This document shows, piece by piece, positions 29,533 through 39,257 of a stretch of DNA of 64,000 bases (its first letter is position 1; every line of letters starts with the position of its first letter). Under the pieces are notes generated by a model, which was not told where the DNA came from, ran no database searches, and saw nothing but the letters and a program-made list of their open reading frames with translations. Source of the DNA: a virus (Duplodnaviria; Caudoviricetes); IMG/VR virus record IMGVR_UViG_3300025392_000002; one strand, written 5' to 3'. A program made the position numbers and the translations under genes.

Positions 29533-32500
29533 ATGGCAAAGAGTCAAATTAGACAGTACGTCTTTACACCAGGAACAGCTGGTAATGGTACAATTAAAAT
29601 ACAAGGCAAGTACGATCTTAGCCAAATTTTGCTGATTACCAACTCAACAAAAAACGTAATTCTTTACAATTTTGCAGACACAACTTATACTGGAACTACA
29701 GTGTCTTTTAGTCGTGCAAACGATTTAGTAAACTATTTTAGCTCATTAGATGCATCGGATGGTATTACAACTATTAACCTAGCTGTTGATACATCGACAG
29801 GTGGCACAGGTATGCAGTCTACTGATAGCATACAGATTCTATATGAGCGTCCAGAACAAATGGTTCGTATGCCAGAAGCTGGAACAGATGCTTGGGAACG
29901 TACAAGAACATCAAATCCACAGTCAATGTTAGACGCTGACTTTGAATACGGACTACAACCAACTAAGTGGTTAACATACGATTTAGTGCGCGGATATCCT
30001 AGCGTTTATGAAGTTCCGGGAACAGATCAAGCTGTATTAACTGTTACAACCGATGCTTCAATGGGTACCGGTGGAACAGGTGAAAGTTTAATTACAGTAG
30101 TTAACTCAACAGTATTTCCAACAAGTTGGGCCGCTGGAACTCCAATTACAGTTAAAGGTTATTTGAACACTATCACAGGATTTGCTCGTGCTGAAGGTTC
30201 ATTTTTAATCAACACCATTAGTGGTAATACACTAACATACTATGCAAAAGCTAAAGTTGGTGTGAATAACGGTGATGTACTATCAACAGTTTATACACAG
30301 TTACGTCAAGCCGCATTTTATACAGGTGCAAGTGTAGGCACTCCAACTTACACTTATGCTAATCCTAGCGTTGTTGGAACTACAACATCAGGAAGTATTT
30401 CTAGTGCTTCAACAACTGTAACTGGTTATATCAGTGGAACATCGTTGACAACTAGCGCAGGTAGTCCAGCAATTGGACAAGTATTATCTGGTAACGGTAT
30501 TTTAGCTGGAACATACATTGTTTCTGGAAGTGGAACAGCATGGACACTTAGTTCTACACAGACTTTAGGGTCTAGTGGTAATCAACTAGTGTTTACAGCT
30601 ACAACAAATACATTTACAGCTACAGGCACAAGTAGTGGTTTTGCAGTGGGTCAAGTACTTAGCGGAACAAACGTAACAACTGGTACAACAATTATTGTTA
30701 GCGGATCGAGTGCCGCTCCAGGTGTATTTTCAGGCACAGGTGGTAATGGTACATACGCTGTTACTCTTGCTAGTACAGTTAGCGGTATTACAATTAACGG
30801 AACAACTAGTAATGCAGTTATTACTGTAACATTTGCAACTAATCATGGATTTATTCCTGGCGATACAATTATCAGCCAGGTTACATCTGACGTTTCTAAC
30901 ATAGCCAATCACAGCGTTGCACAGGGCCCGTTCTTTATTGAAACTGTTGCTAGCTTGACAACAGTAACTTTTACAGCTCGTGCTAGCGGTATTATTACAG
31001 GAACTATAACAGGTGCAATTTATGCTCGCCCAGATGCGTTCTATCAACATAGACCATTCGACGGCGGAGTTATGTTAGGTACTGGCGGTCCAGCACATGG
31101 TTCAATGGCAGTACGTATGAGTAAGAAATACATTCGTTACCAGTCTGGTAAGAGTATTAACTATAACACAGGTGCGCTATTTGCTCCTAACTATGATATT
31201 CGTGCGATTAGTGCCAGCGGCACTACTGTTGGTTCTACTATTACTATTACTACAGATGATACAGACCATGGATTACAACCAGGTGCTCAGATCAATATTA
31301 TCGGCGTTACAACTAGCGGTTATAACAGTGCATACACTGTTGCTACTATTGTAGATGAACGCTCATTTACTGTACTAGCAGTTAACGTATTAGGTTCTAC
31401 TACAGGCCTTATTAATAGTCCTTGTACAGTACAGGTAACTGGCTGGTGGGGATCAACAGTACGTGCAGGAACATTTGACGAGCAGAACGGTATGTTCTGG
31501 CAATGGGATGGTCAGCAAATGGCAATTGGACGTCGTAGTTCAACATTCCAAGTTGCTGGAAGTGTTTCAGTAACACCAGACTCAAATAGTGTTACAGGTT
31601 TAAATAGTCGCTTTACAGCACAGCTAGCCGCTGGAGATCGTGTAGTTATCAAGGGTATGACACACATTGTAACAAACGTAGCTAGCGATACACAAATTTA
31701 TGTAACACCAGACTATCGTGGTTCAGTGGCCGCATCGGGTGTTAAAATGGTTAAAACTATTGACCGCTTGATGCCACAGAGTCAATGGAACATGGATCGT
31801 CTAGATGGTTCATCAAGCCCATTTAACCCAAGTGGTTATAACATTTTACCTTACAAGATGCAGATGATTGGCCTACAATGGACATGGTACGGTGCTGGTT
31901 TTATTGACTGGATGATCCGCGGTCCAGAAGGCAAGTATATTACTGTACACCGTCTACGTAACAACAACATAAACACCGAAGCTTATATGCGTTCTGGTAA
32001 CCAACCAGTTCGTTATGAAGTAGTAAACGAAGGTGCCCGCTCAACATTAACAGCAGATCCAGGTGTATCGGGTACAACACTAGCATTAACTGATGTATCT
32101 TACTTCCCAACAGCCAGTGTTACTTACCCAGCGTATGTTTATATTGATGGCGAGATTATCAGCTATACTAGTAAAACTACTGGTACAGTTTCAACTAGTC
32201 CTATCAACGGCCAAGTTCTTGTTGCAGGTACACTAAATGGTTGTACTCGTGCTACGCCACTGTCTGTTTATGTTGCAGGTTTAACTCGTACATTCTCAGG
32301 TATGACAGCGGCTGCTCATGCAGTAGGTTCAGGTGTTATTCTAATTGGACAAACAGCAACTCCAAGTATTAGTCACTGGGGTAGTGCGTTCCTACAAGAC
32401 GGCGGATTTGATTCTGATCGTGGTTACATCTTTAACTATCAATCAACTAACACACAAATTTCAACACGTAAGACAACAGCATTTGCTATTCGTCTAGCTC

Positions 32501-33705
32501 CTAGTGTGTCAAACGCTATTGTAGGTGACTTGGGTGTACGTGATTTGATCAATCGTGCGCAGTTGTTGTTACAGACAATTGAGATTACAGCTGGTGGTAC
32601 AACTAATACTAACTCAGCATTGGTAATTGAAGGTATTCTAAACCCAAGCAACTATCCAACTAACCCGGCAACTGGTATTACTTGGAACAGTTTAAATTCA
32701 GTAGCACTACAAACTGGACAGCCTAGCTTTAGTCAGATTGCCACTGGCTCTAGCGTAACATTTGCAAACTCTGCAACTAACAACCCAATAACAGGACAAG
32801 GTGGTTTAGCCATTGGTTCTACTACAGTTACAGTAAGTTCAGCAACAGGTATCTTAGTAGGTGATGACGTATTTTATCCACAAAGTACTTCAGCAGTGTA
32901 TGGCGGTACAAAAGTATCTTCAGTGGCAACTACTGCTGTTTCAATTACAACAGGTAGCGTAACAGCAGGTACAGCTTGTACATTTACTGCTAGTATTACA
33001 GGTAACGTATTAACAGTTACTACGGCTCCAAGTGGTGGTACTGGTATTGGTATCGGTTATGTAATTACTGGTGGAGCAACACAAACAGCTGGCGGTGGTA
33101 CATTTATTGTAGGTAACATTTCAGGTACAGCTACAAGTGCTACAAGTTCTTGGTATATTAACGTTAGCCAAACAGTAGTTAGTGGTACACTAACTGCTAC
33201 TCCTTGGGTTTTAACAGATACTACACACGCAAGTGGTACAGTAGTATTAGGACAAGCATTGTCAGGTGGTACGTTGGCAGCCAACACTTATGTTACTGCT
33301 ACTAACAGAGAAAATAATACCTATACCGGTAACGGTATAAATGCTGGCGGTACATACTTGGTAAGTTATCAAACAGGTAACGTGTCTAGCACAGCAATTA
33401 CTGGTACTGTGGTACAAGTAGGTTTAACTACTCCTTTACTAGTATCACAGACTGTGGGTAGCAATATTCAGTTCTCACGTAACACTTATGCGGTGCCCGG
33501 TGAAACTGTATTCTCGTTTATCTCAAGCCCAAGCAACAAGGACTCATTAGACTTGACACCATTTAAGGAATTGACCAACACACCAATCGGTGGACGCGGC
33601 ACATTCCCTAACGGTCCAGACGTATTGTTTATCAACGTATACTTAACACAGGGTGCGCCAGTATTGGCCAACTTGGTTCTACGTTGGGGCGAAGCACAAG
33701 CGTAA
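29533..33705 (+). CDS. Large Thr/Gly/Ser-rich virion (tail fibre/baseplate-associated) protein
   Basis: 1390 aa, beta-rich repeats, DADFEYGLQPTKW, YIRYQSGK; TAAATA upstream. Confidence 0.75.
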   Translation: MAKSQIRQYVFTPGTAGNGTIKIQGKYDLSQILLITNSTKNVILYNFADTTYTGTTVSFSRANDLVNYFSSLDASDGITTINLAVDTSTGGTGMQSTDSIQILYERPEQMVRMPEAGTDAWERTRTSNPQSMLDADFEYGLQPTKWLTYDLVRGYPSVYEVPGTDQAVLTVTTDASMGTGGTGESLITVVNSTVFPTSWAAGTPITVKGYLNTITGFARAEGSFLINTISGNTLTYYAKAKVGVNNGDVLSTVYTQLRQAAFYTGASVGTPTYTYANPSVVGTTTSGSISSASTTVTGYISGTSLTTSAGSPAIGQVLSGNGILAGTYIVSGSGTAWTLSSTQTLGSSGNQLVFTATTNTFTATGTSSGFAVGQVLSGTNVTTGTTIIVSGSSAAPGVFSGTGGNGTYAVTLASTVSGITINGTTSNAVITVTFATNHGFIPGDTIISQVTSDVSNIANHSVAQGPFFIETVASLTTVTFTARASGIITGTITGAIYARPDAFYQHRPFDGGVMLGTGGPAHGSMAVRMSKKYIRYQSGKSINYNTGALFAPNYDIRAISASGTTVGSTITITTDDTDHGLQPGAQINIIGVTTSGYNSAYTVATIVDERSFTVLAVNVLGSTTGLINSPCTVQVTGWWGSTVRAGTFDEQNGMFWQWDGQQMAIGRRSSTFQVAGSVSVTPDSNSVTGLNSRFTAQLAAGDRVVIKGMTHIVTNVASDTQIYVTPDYRGSVAASGVKMVKTIDRLMPQSQWNMDRLDGSSSPFNPSGYNILPYKMQMIGLQWTWYGAGFIDWMIRGPEGKYITVHRLRNNNINTEAYMRSGNQPVRYEVVNEGARSTLTADPGVSGTTLALTDVSYFPTASVTYPAYVYIDGEIISYTSKTTGTVSTSPINGQVLVAGTLNGCTRATPLSVYVAGLTRTFSGMTAAAHAVGSGVILIGQTATPSISHWGSAFLQDGGFDSDRGYIFNYQSTNTQISTRKTTAFAIRLAPSVSNAIVGDLGVRDLINRAQLLLQTIEITAGGTTNTNSALVIEGILNPSNYPTNPATGITWNSLNSVALQTGQPSFSQIATGSSVTFANSATNNPITGQGGLAIGSTTVTVSSATGILVGDDVFYPQSTSAVYGGTKVSSVATTAVSITTGSVTAGTACTFTASITGNVLTVTTAPSGGTGIGIGYVITGGATQTAGGGTFIVGNISGTATSATSSWYINVSQTVVSGTLTATPWVLTDTTHASGTVVLGQALSGGTLAANTYVTATNRENNTYTGNGINAGGTYLVSYQTGNVSSTAITGTVVQVGLTTPLLVSQTVGSNIQFSRNTYAVPGETVFSFISSPSNKDSLDLTPFKELTNTPIGGRGTFPNGPDVLFINVYLTQGAPVLANLVLRWGEAQA

Positions 33706-33722
33706 TTGCAACTGGTTCAAAC

Positions 33723-33750
33723 AAAAAAGCACCCTGAGGGTGCTTTTTTT
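33723..33750. terminator. Bidirectional terminator
   Basis: AAAAAAGCACCC-TGA-GGGTGCTTTTTTT. Confidence 0.88.
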
Positions 33751-33772
33751 GTTTTTGGGATTAAATACTAGT

Positions 33773-34030
33773 ATGCCCACATACAATATCTGGGATTATT
33801 TTCCCGATAAGCATGATTTTGCCTTTACGGCAACGATACGGTGGCCTGGCCAAGTAAATGAACAACTAGACTGGATTATTGGCATACATGATGTAGAACA
33901 ATGGCTGTTAACTTATACTGGACCCAAATATCAGCGTTGGGCTTGGAATATGGCGGTAGAATGCTATGACATTAGTGTAGCCTTTAAGTATGATAAGCAT
34001 AGAACTCTTTTTTTATTAAACTATAGTTAG
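33773..34030 (+). CDS. Small protein of the F-x7-9-F-x-L-x-W/Y paralog family
   Basis: Start MPTYN 5 nt after TAAATA; ends VAFKYDKHRTLFLLNYS. Confidence 0.6.
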   Translation: MPTYNIWDYFPDKHDFAFTATIRWPGQVNEQLDWIIGIHDVEQWLLTYTGPKYQRWAWNMAVECYDISVAFKYDKHRTLFLLNYS

Positions 34031-34042
34031 AATAAATATTCA

Positions 34043-34663
34043 ATGAGAAGTAGAGAATTCATTCAGGAAGCAGACATTAAAAAGTTCTTTGGGTTAGGCT
34101 CCAAGGCTATCAAACGGGCAGAGCAACCTAGACCCAGAGAAGACGACGTCAACCGACTAGTATCTCCCCAGGAAGCTATGAAAGCCAAACTGGGCATGAA
34201 ACTAATGAACGGTCCCAAGCGAGTGCCTTTACCTGGCAGTCGTGGTATGAACATAGTAAAAACACCTGGCGGATCTCCACGCATAGTTATAGTAGTGGAT
34301 GTGGACGGAATTCCCATGCCGTTTTATATTAGTACAGGCGGTGGCGGTAAAGAAAACGTGCCCACAGGCCGTTGGTATGAATTTTGGGGCATAGGGCCCA
34401 GCGGATGGTTTAATAAAACGTCCGAAACAGACATACTCAATCATTACGGCAGTGCTAAACTAAAGGCCATATCAGATCAATTAGACTCCACAGTGGGCGA
34501 TATTAGAAACATGGCGGACATAATACCCGTTATGACAGCCGCAGACAAGCAGGTTATCAATACCGCTAAGAATCCTATTGATCATCCTGAAGATATGGGC
34601 TGGACTCAAGAACAATTGGACCAGTGGCTACAGAGGATCCGTAACATGGGTCGTAGTCTATGA
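34043..34663 (+). CDS. Late hypothetical protein with CTS-like N-terminus
   Basis: MRSREFIQE; TAAATA at 34033. Confidence 0.65.
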   Translation: MRSREFIQEADIKKFFGLGSKAIKRAEQPRPREDDVNRLVSPQEAMKAKLGMKLMNGPKRVPLPGSRGMNIVKTPGGSPRIVIVVDVDGIPMPFYISTGGGGKENVPTGRWYEFWGIGPSGWFNKTSETDILNHYGSAKLKAISDQLDSTVGDIRNMADIIPVMTAADKQVINTAKNPIDHPEDMGWTQEQLDQWLQRIRNMGRSL

Positions 34664-35238
34664 GACTGTATGAATTAGAAGGCCCAGGTACTACAGTATG
34701 CTTGTTTAAAGGCATGCATACCGAAGAGGGTAATCAAGGCAATAGTTCACTAGAACAAATAGCACAACTAGTGGGCGGACAAGTATTTGAAGGTAAGCAA
34801 TCAGCCGAAGCCGCTAGATATTACCACTCACGTCCTGGTACACTACTAGTAGTAGTGGGCTATAGTTTAGGTGCAGAAGGTGTACTAGGTATGCAGGCCC
34901 TACGTCCAGCATTGTCGATTACCATAGCAGGTTGGCCCACTACATTAGAACAGTTGGCCAGTGTTAGTCAAGGTACTTGGCATAATTTCTTCCAACAACA
35001 AGAACTAGATGGTATACTACAACGAAACTACAATCGTGGCCCATATAAGCCTGGCGGTATAGCACACCCAGTTGACGCTAGACATGGTGCTATTGTAGGC
35101 ACTGTTAGTAGTCAAGTTGTCAGTTTAATCAAGCAAGTGGGTACTAGTACACCCACACCACACCCTAATGCTAGTACAAGCCGTGCAGATAGACTGGCCA
35201 AGTTTAATGAAAGCCAACGGCGCGGAAAAAATTTCTAA
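34660..35238 (+). CDS. Possible alpha/beta-hydrolase-fold protein
   Basis: LVVVGYSLGA nucleophile-elbow GxSxG, late His. Confidence 0.5.
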   Translation: MRLYELEGPGTTVCLFKGMHTEEGNQGNSSLEQIAQLVGGQVFEGKQSAEAARYYHSRPGTLLVVVGYSLGAEGVLGMQALRPALSITIAGWPTTLEQLASVSQGTWHNFFQQQELDGILQRNYNRGPYKPGGIAHPVDARHGAIVGTVSSQVVSLIKQVGTSTPTPHPNASTSRADRLAKFNESQRRGKNF

Positions 35239-35330
35239 TAGCGAAGCTCAAGCGCAAAAAATTTACGCGAAGCGCGAAAGCGGTAAAAACGCGAACTAGC
35301 GTTACTGCTTAGGCCAACCATAAATATACT

Positions 35331-35705
35331 ATGCGTCTAAAAGAATTTGCACCCTCCAGCCATGATGATCCAGCGTTCGGCGACCCTGCCTTAATGCAGA
35401 TAGTGGGCCATTATCTAGACGCTAGGACTATTAACAGTCTTTGGGCACTAAGTCCCTATAATCCACGTAGCGGTAATCAACGCTGGAAGGACAAGTATGA
35501 TACTGTAGTGGCCAGTGTTAAGCCATTACTAAAAGACGGTAATCCAGACATTCCTTTAGTAATTAAAACCATAGACCGACAAATACCTATAGTAGGCATG
35601 CCCAATTGGATCAAGCAACCGTTACTACAAGCAGACGCCAAGTACAAGCAAGAATGGCATGATATGGGTATTCAAGGTAATCCTGAGTTCGATATCGTTA
35701 AGTAG
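35331..35705 (+). CDS. Late hypothetical protein
   Basis: MRLKEF; TAAATA at 35321. Confidence 0.6.
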   Translation: MRLKEFAPSSHDDPAFGDPALMQIVGHYLDARTINSLWALSPYNPRSGNQRWKDKYDTVVASVKPLLKDGNPDIPLVIKTIDRQIPIVGMPNWIKQPLLQADAKYKQEWHDMGIQGNPEFDIVK

Positions 35706-35707
35706 TA

Positions 35708-35935
35708 CTACTGTATGGGTAACCCAGTAGCTAAGTCTAGCGTGGGATCTACAGTCCCACAGTACTCACGTAGCCATAGCTGAAAGTATGTATTAAGACT
35801 ACTATCATTAGGCACCCAAAAGCGTGTACGATTCAAGTGTACGTCTATCTTTAAGTCATTGTCAAATATCCAAGTGAAGACTTCCTTAGCATTGGGGTGA
35901 AGTGTGAGTATATAGTATTCAGTAGCGTGAGTCAT
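35708..35935 (-). CDS. Hypothetical protein
   Basis: 75 aa, SD AGGA. Confidence 0.55.
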   Translation of the reverse strand: MTHATEYYILTLHPNAKEVFTWIFDNDLKIDVHLNRTRFWVPNDSSLNTYFQLWLREYCGTVDPTLDLATGLPIQ

Positions 35936-36131
35936 TTAAGTTCCTACATATATTACTAATAAGATGATTGGGATTGGCTGAATTAGCATTGATACGCTCA
36001 ATGTCTTCTATGGCTGTTTCTACGAGTTCTAGTCTGTTGGTAGCAGTATAGTAGCGATCACGTAAGGTTGACGCTTGAAAGATGCTGACTAAGCCTGCTA
36101 GTAGTTTAACTAACCATATGTGTGTGTTCAT
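35919..36131 (-). CDS. Hypothetical protein
   Basis: Start MNTHIW just after TATACT. Confidence 0.5.
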   Translation of the reverse strand: MNTHIWLVKLLAGLVSIFQASTLRDRYYTATNRLELVETAIEDIERINANSANPNHLISNICRNLNDSRY

Positions 36132-36170
36132 ATAGTATATAGCAGAATAAATACACAATAGGAGACAGGT

Positions 36171-36644
36171 ATGACCGCACAAGAATATAGACAACTAGTT
36201 ACACGTTTGGATCAGATTGCAGAATCTGATCCAACGAAAGCATTAGGTGCAGTTAGTAAACTGGCACAGTGGTTAGAACGTCACAGTAGTAAAGATTCGG
36301 TGAAAAAACAGGCTCAATACTATGCTGATAAGTATCCTAGAGTACCCATAGGCCAGTTCAAAGGAACAATCAGCTGGCCCTTTGCCAATATGCTAGAGCG
36401 TTCAGGCATTATGGGTACTACACCGTTAGATAGTATGACTTTGAGTAGGGGCGGTTGGGCACCTAACGAAATTTTCTACAGGATGAGCAATGGGCAAATG
36501 CGGCTAACAGATGAACAGGCTTGGAAACTAATGCAAAGTATGGATGAAAGATATCAAGTGGATCCAGTCAAAGTAGAAAATGAGTTTAGGGCATTAGCTG
36601 CCAAATATGGTGTACCTACACAAGCTGTGGGTCCACAGCCCTAA
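36171..36644 (+). CDS. Late hypothetical protein
   Basis: TAAATA and SD AGGAG upstream; terminator at 36669-36695. Confidence 0.65.
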   Translation: MTAQEYRQLVTRLDQIAESDPTKALGAVSKLAQWLERHSSKDSVKKQAQYYADKYPRVPIGQFKGTISWPFANMLERSGIMGTTPLDSMTLSRGGWAPNEIFYRMSNGQMRLTDEQAWKLMQSMDERYQVDPVKVENEFRALAAKYGVPTQAVGPQP

Positions 36645-36668
36645 TACACAACAAATACGATACACTAC

Positions 36669-36695
36669 AAATGGGTCTTTAGGGCCCATTTTTTT
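36669..36695 (+). terminator. Rho-independent terminator
   Basis: AAATGGGTCT-TT-AGGGCCCATTT plus T-tract. Confidence 0.75.
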
Positions 36696-36729
36696 CTGCG
36701 CAAAAAAATTTGGGAAGTACTTACACTTT

Positions 36730-36912
36730 TTAGCGAAAATATTCTACATATACTGCTAGAGCGCATAGTAGAGCAAATATAATGGCGGGACTCCAAGCTT
36801 CTAATGGAGTCATGTCCTTATAACGATCAGCAGGATACCAACAGTCAAAATCTGGATCGTAGCGGTATGTGCGGCCACGTATTACTTCGGTTTGAGTGTA
36901 GAGTTCATTCAT
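36730..36912 (-). CDS. Small membrane protein
   Basis: MNELY..., C-terminal hydrophobic helix. Confidence 0.5.
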   Translation of the reverse strand: MNELYTQTEVIRGRTYRYDPDFDCWYPADRYKDMTPLEAWSPAIIFALLCALAVYVEYFR

Positions 36913-37108
36913 AATGACTATAGATCCATATAGAGACACGAGGTGCGACCCAATACACATAGTTAAAGACAATAAACCACGATACTAGCCAATTGGGAAG
37001 CCAGTGAGCTAGCGTAAGCGTACTATTAAGAGTAGTCATAGCTAGACTAGTTAATATGGTAACGAGACCAGAATTTGCTAGACTAGTCGATAAATGGGTG
37101 CGATTCAT
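36905..37108 (-). CDS. Small membrane protein (DUF2798-like, tentative)
   Basis: Hydrophobic, WLPNWLVSWFIVF. Confidence 0.45.
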   Translation of the reverse strand: MNRTHLSTSLANSGLVTILTSLAMTTLNSTLTLAHWLPNWLVSWFIVFNYVYWVAPRVSIWIYSHYE

Positions 37109-37313
37109 ACTAGTATATATGCTAGAACGAGGTACCTGCAGGATCTTTTAGGAACCGCGCGAAAATTTATAAAGAAGTACTTATACTTTTAGAGGGGTGT
37201 TTTTACTTCGGTACCCATGCGCTAGTTAGTAGTTACTAACTTGTTGCATGTATATGCCGGTCGGTGGTCAAAAAATTCTTTTATTATTGCCCTGGTCGGA
37301 GGAATATTTCTTC

Positions 37314-37506
37314 AAAAAAAAATCCCCTAACTGCCGGGAGCGAATCGGGCTTACGGTTAGGGGATCAAGAACCCATTGCCTTGTTGGCGTTGAGTTCTTA
37401 ACTACAGACTGGTTGCCGGGAGCGAATCGTTGGCCAGTCCTACTGCTGTACAGCTACAACTCTAGCGGCTGTATGCTGTACTATATACGCATTAGCTGTT
37501 AGAGTT
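37314..37506 (-). ncRNA. Four-hairpin 3' RNA/terminator with two loops complementary to the GGAGCGA leader motif
   Basis: 16-bp direct repeat TGCCGGGAGCGAATCG at 37332-47 and 37414-29, each inside a stem; terminal stem 37322-31/37356-65 followed by a U-tract on the minus strand. Confidence 0.6.
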
Positions 37507-38398
37507 AACGGCTAGTACGCATACATGTCATGTCAGCTACTGCCCGCCACTTGTCCGGGAAGCTGGCACGTAAGTCTGCAATCTTAAGTACTGTACGCAA
37601 GCTGAGCTCACGTACACGATCACTGTTAGACTTGACATAGTCTACTACCTCTAGCTTCTGGTAGTCCTCTAGCTCATACTCATCCAACATACCACACTCA
37701 GTTACCACTTGCTCAATGCGCAATAGCTTCTCACGTGTAGTGTCAATGGTAAGGTCCAAGTAGTGGCAACGGCTTTCTAATGCTTCCAAGTGATCACGCA
37801 ACTTCTTGCTCTTAACATGATCGAACTTGATGTTGGTAATAAAGATAGCACCGCCCTTGAACTCAAAGCTGTCGGGCACACCTTCACGGCGTAGCAATGA
37901 ACTATCTGTATTCCAACTAATGGTACGCTTCTTTGAACTGTCTAGTGCTGCCTTCAAGATGTTAAGGCTCAAGTCGTCCAACAAGATGCTGTCACAGTCG
38001 TCAAACACTAGGACATTCTTCTTGTCAGCAAAGTGATAGAGCTTACTGTACAAGCCAATCGCTGACATAGCGCCTTTGACTACTTCATACTTCTTCAGCT
38101 TCTGATCGTCAGCTACAGTAGCGAAGACATCATGCTTGCTGAGTACTTTCTCTACACCAAAGCTCTTGCCAACACCTGGAGGGCCTGTGACAATCATAGC
38201 CTTGACCTTGCCGCCTTTTACGGCACGTGTCATGTCATCCAAAATCTCAAACCTGTCACGCAAACGATCCATGATCTGTTCGTCTGTTTCGGCCGCCAAA
38301 GCCTTCTCTTTTGCCTTGATAGCTGTTTGATCTACTTCCAATGATTTAACTTCGCTCTGCAATGCCATAAGCATCTTTGATGTAACTACCTTACCCAT
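37505..38398 (-). CDS. AAA+ family P-loop ATPase
   Basis: GPPGVGKS, LVFDDCD, FITN, ALESRC. Confidence 0.85.
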   Translation of the reverse strand: MGKVVTSKMLMALQSEVKSLEVDQTAIKAKEKALAAETDEQIMDRLRDRFEILDDMTRAVKGGKVKAMIVTGPPGVGKSFGVEKVLSKHDVFATVADDQKLKKYEVVKGAMSAIGLYSKLYHFADKKNVLVFDDCDSILLDDLSLNILKAALDSSKKRTISWNTDSSLLRREGVPDSFEFKGGAIFITNIKFDHVKSKKLRDHLEALESRCHYLDLTIDTTREKLLRIEQVVTECGMLDEYELEDYQKLEVVDYVKSNSDRVRELSLRTVLKIADLRASFPDKWRAVADMTCMRTSR

Positions 38399-38470
38399 TT
38401 ATCGCTCCTTTACGCTGTGGATTAATATATTAATTATAACACGGAGTCGCCTCCGTGTCTATGTTTTTGG

Positions 38471-38794
38471 TTAATCTAGTCTGCTACCTGCATAGGCCTT
38501 GAGTCCCAGGGCCTGCAAGTAGTTGGCATAGGCATAGGCGCCTGCTTCTTTGATGTCGATGTTCTGTACGGGAAGTCCTGCTGGATCCCACATGCTGAGA
38601 CATTTTGGTTTGTAGTCCTTGCGGAAGCCTGCGGCCAATAGCTCTTTGGCCTGCTTTGAATTGGTACGGTCCACGTAGACCTCAACCCAAGCAAAGCCAC
38701 AAGCTCCACGGTCGCCGCCCCACTTGGCGTACTCTGCGCGGCCTGCTTGTTCTGCCAATACCTTACCTGCACGGATCTGTTCTGCTGTAATCAT
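38471..38794 (-). CDS. Early hypothetical protein
   Basis: Own promoter and AGGAGCGA SD; GACGFAWV...AYAGSRLD. Confidence 0.8.
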   Translation of the reverse strand: MITAEQIRAGKVLAEQAGRAEYAKWGGDRGACGFAWVEVYVDRTNSKQAKELLAAGFRKDYKPKCLSMWDPAGLPVQNIDIKEAGAYAYANYLQALGLKAYAGSRLD

Positions 38795-38836
38795 AAGTAT
38801 CGCTCCTTATTTGCTGTTGAAGTAGTAATTATACAG

Positions 38837-39127
38837 TTAAGCCAGCTCTTTGTCAACCAGGGTCAGCATGTTGGCAGGCACTCTCCACAGGCCCATGCCC
38901 GTGTTGACTGTGACGTATTTGATGGCCACTTTGGTTACGAACCCACGTGTCGCTCTGCCTGTCTTGCTGGATGTGAACTCTACGTTGTCGCCTACACGGA
39001 TCGAACGTTTGATCTGCTTGGCTAGGTTAGTACGGTTCCATTTGACTGCATCTATCATTGACGTCAACTCAGTGTTGGTCCAAGACTGTAGCATGATTGC
39101 TGAGTTTACTTCTTGAATGGTTAGCAT
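38837..39127 (-). CDS. Early SH3/KOW-like small protein
   Basis: Own promoter and SD; IRVGDNVEF...WRVPANML. Confidence 0.75.
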   Translation of the reverse strand: MLTIQEVNSAIMLQSWTNTELTSMIDAVKWNRTNLAKQIKRSIRVGDNVEFTSSKTGRATRGFVTKVAIKYVTVNTGMGLWRVPANMLTLVDKELA

Positions 39128-39170
39128 AGTATCGCTCCTATTTTCTGTTTAAGTGTTTATTATACTAGAT

Positions 39171-39257
39171 TTATTGCCATCCGTCAACCACTAGGATTGC
39201 TAGGAACATGACAATGACGGGGCTCATTAGGATGAGCAAGTTGATGTAAGCCTGCAT
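39171..39257 (-). CDS. 28-aa hydrophobic peptide
   Basis: MQAYINLLILMSPVIVMFLAILVVDGWQ, TAATG-coupled to the upstream gene. Confidence 0.5.
   Translation of the reverse strand: MQAYINLLILMSPVIVMFLAILVVDGWQ

Noticed and set aside
98-33671. Many opposite-strand or alternate-frame ORFs inside core genes (e.g. 10291-11058, 28969-29478, 13992-14369)
   Set aside because: Shadows of biased-codon genes with no initiation signals or motifs.
37332-37429. 16-bp direct repeat as a CRISPR repeat-spacer-repeat
   Set aside because: Too short, 66-bp interval is itself a hairpin, and the repeats sit inside different stems.
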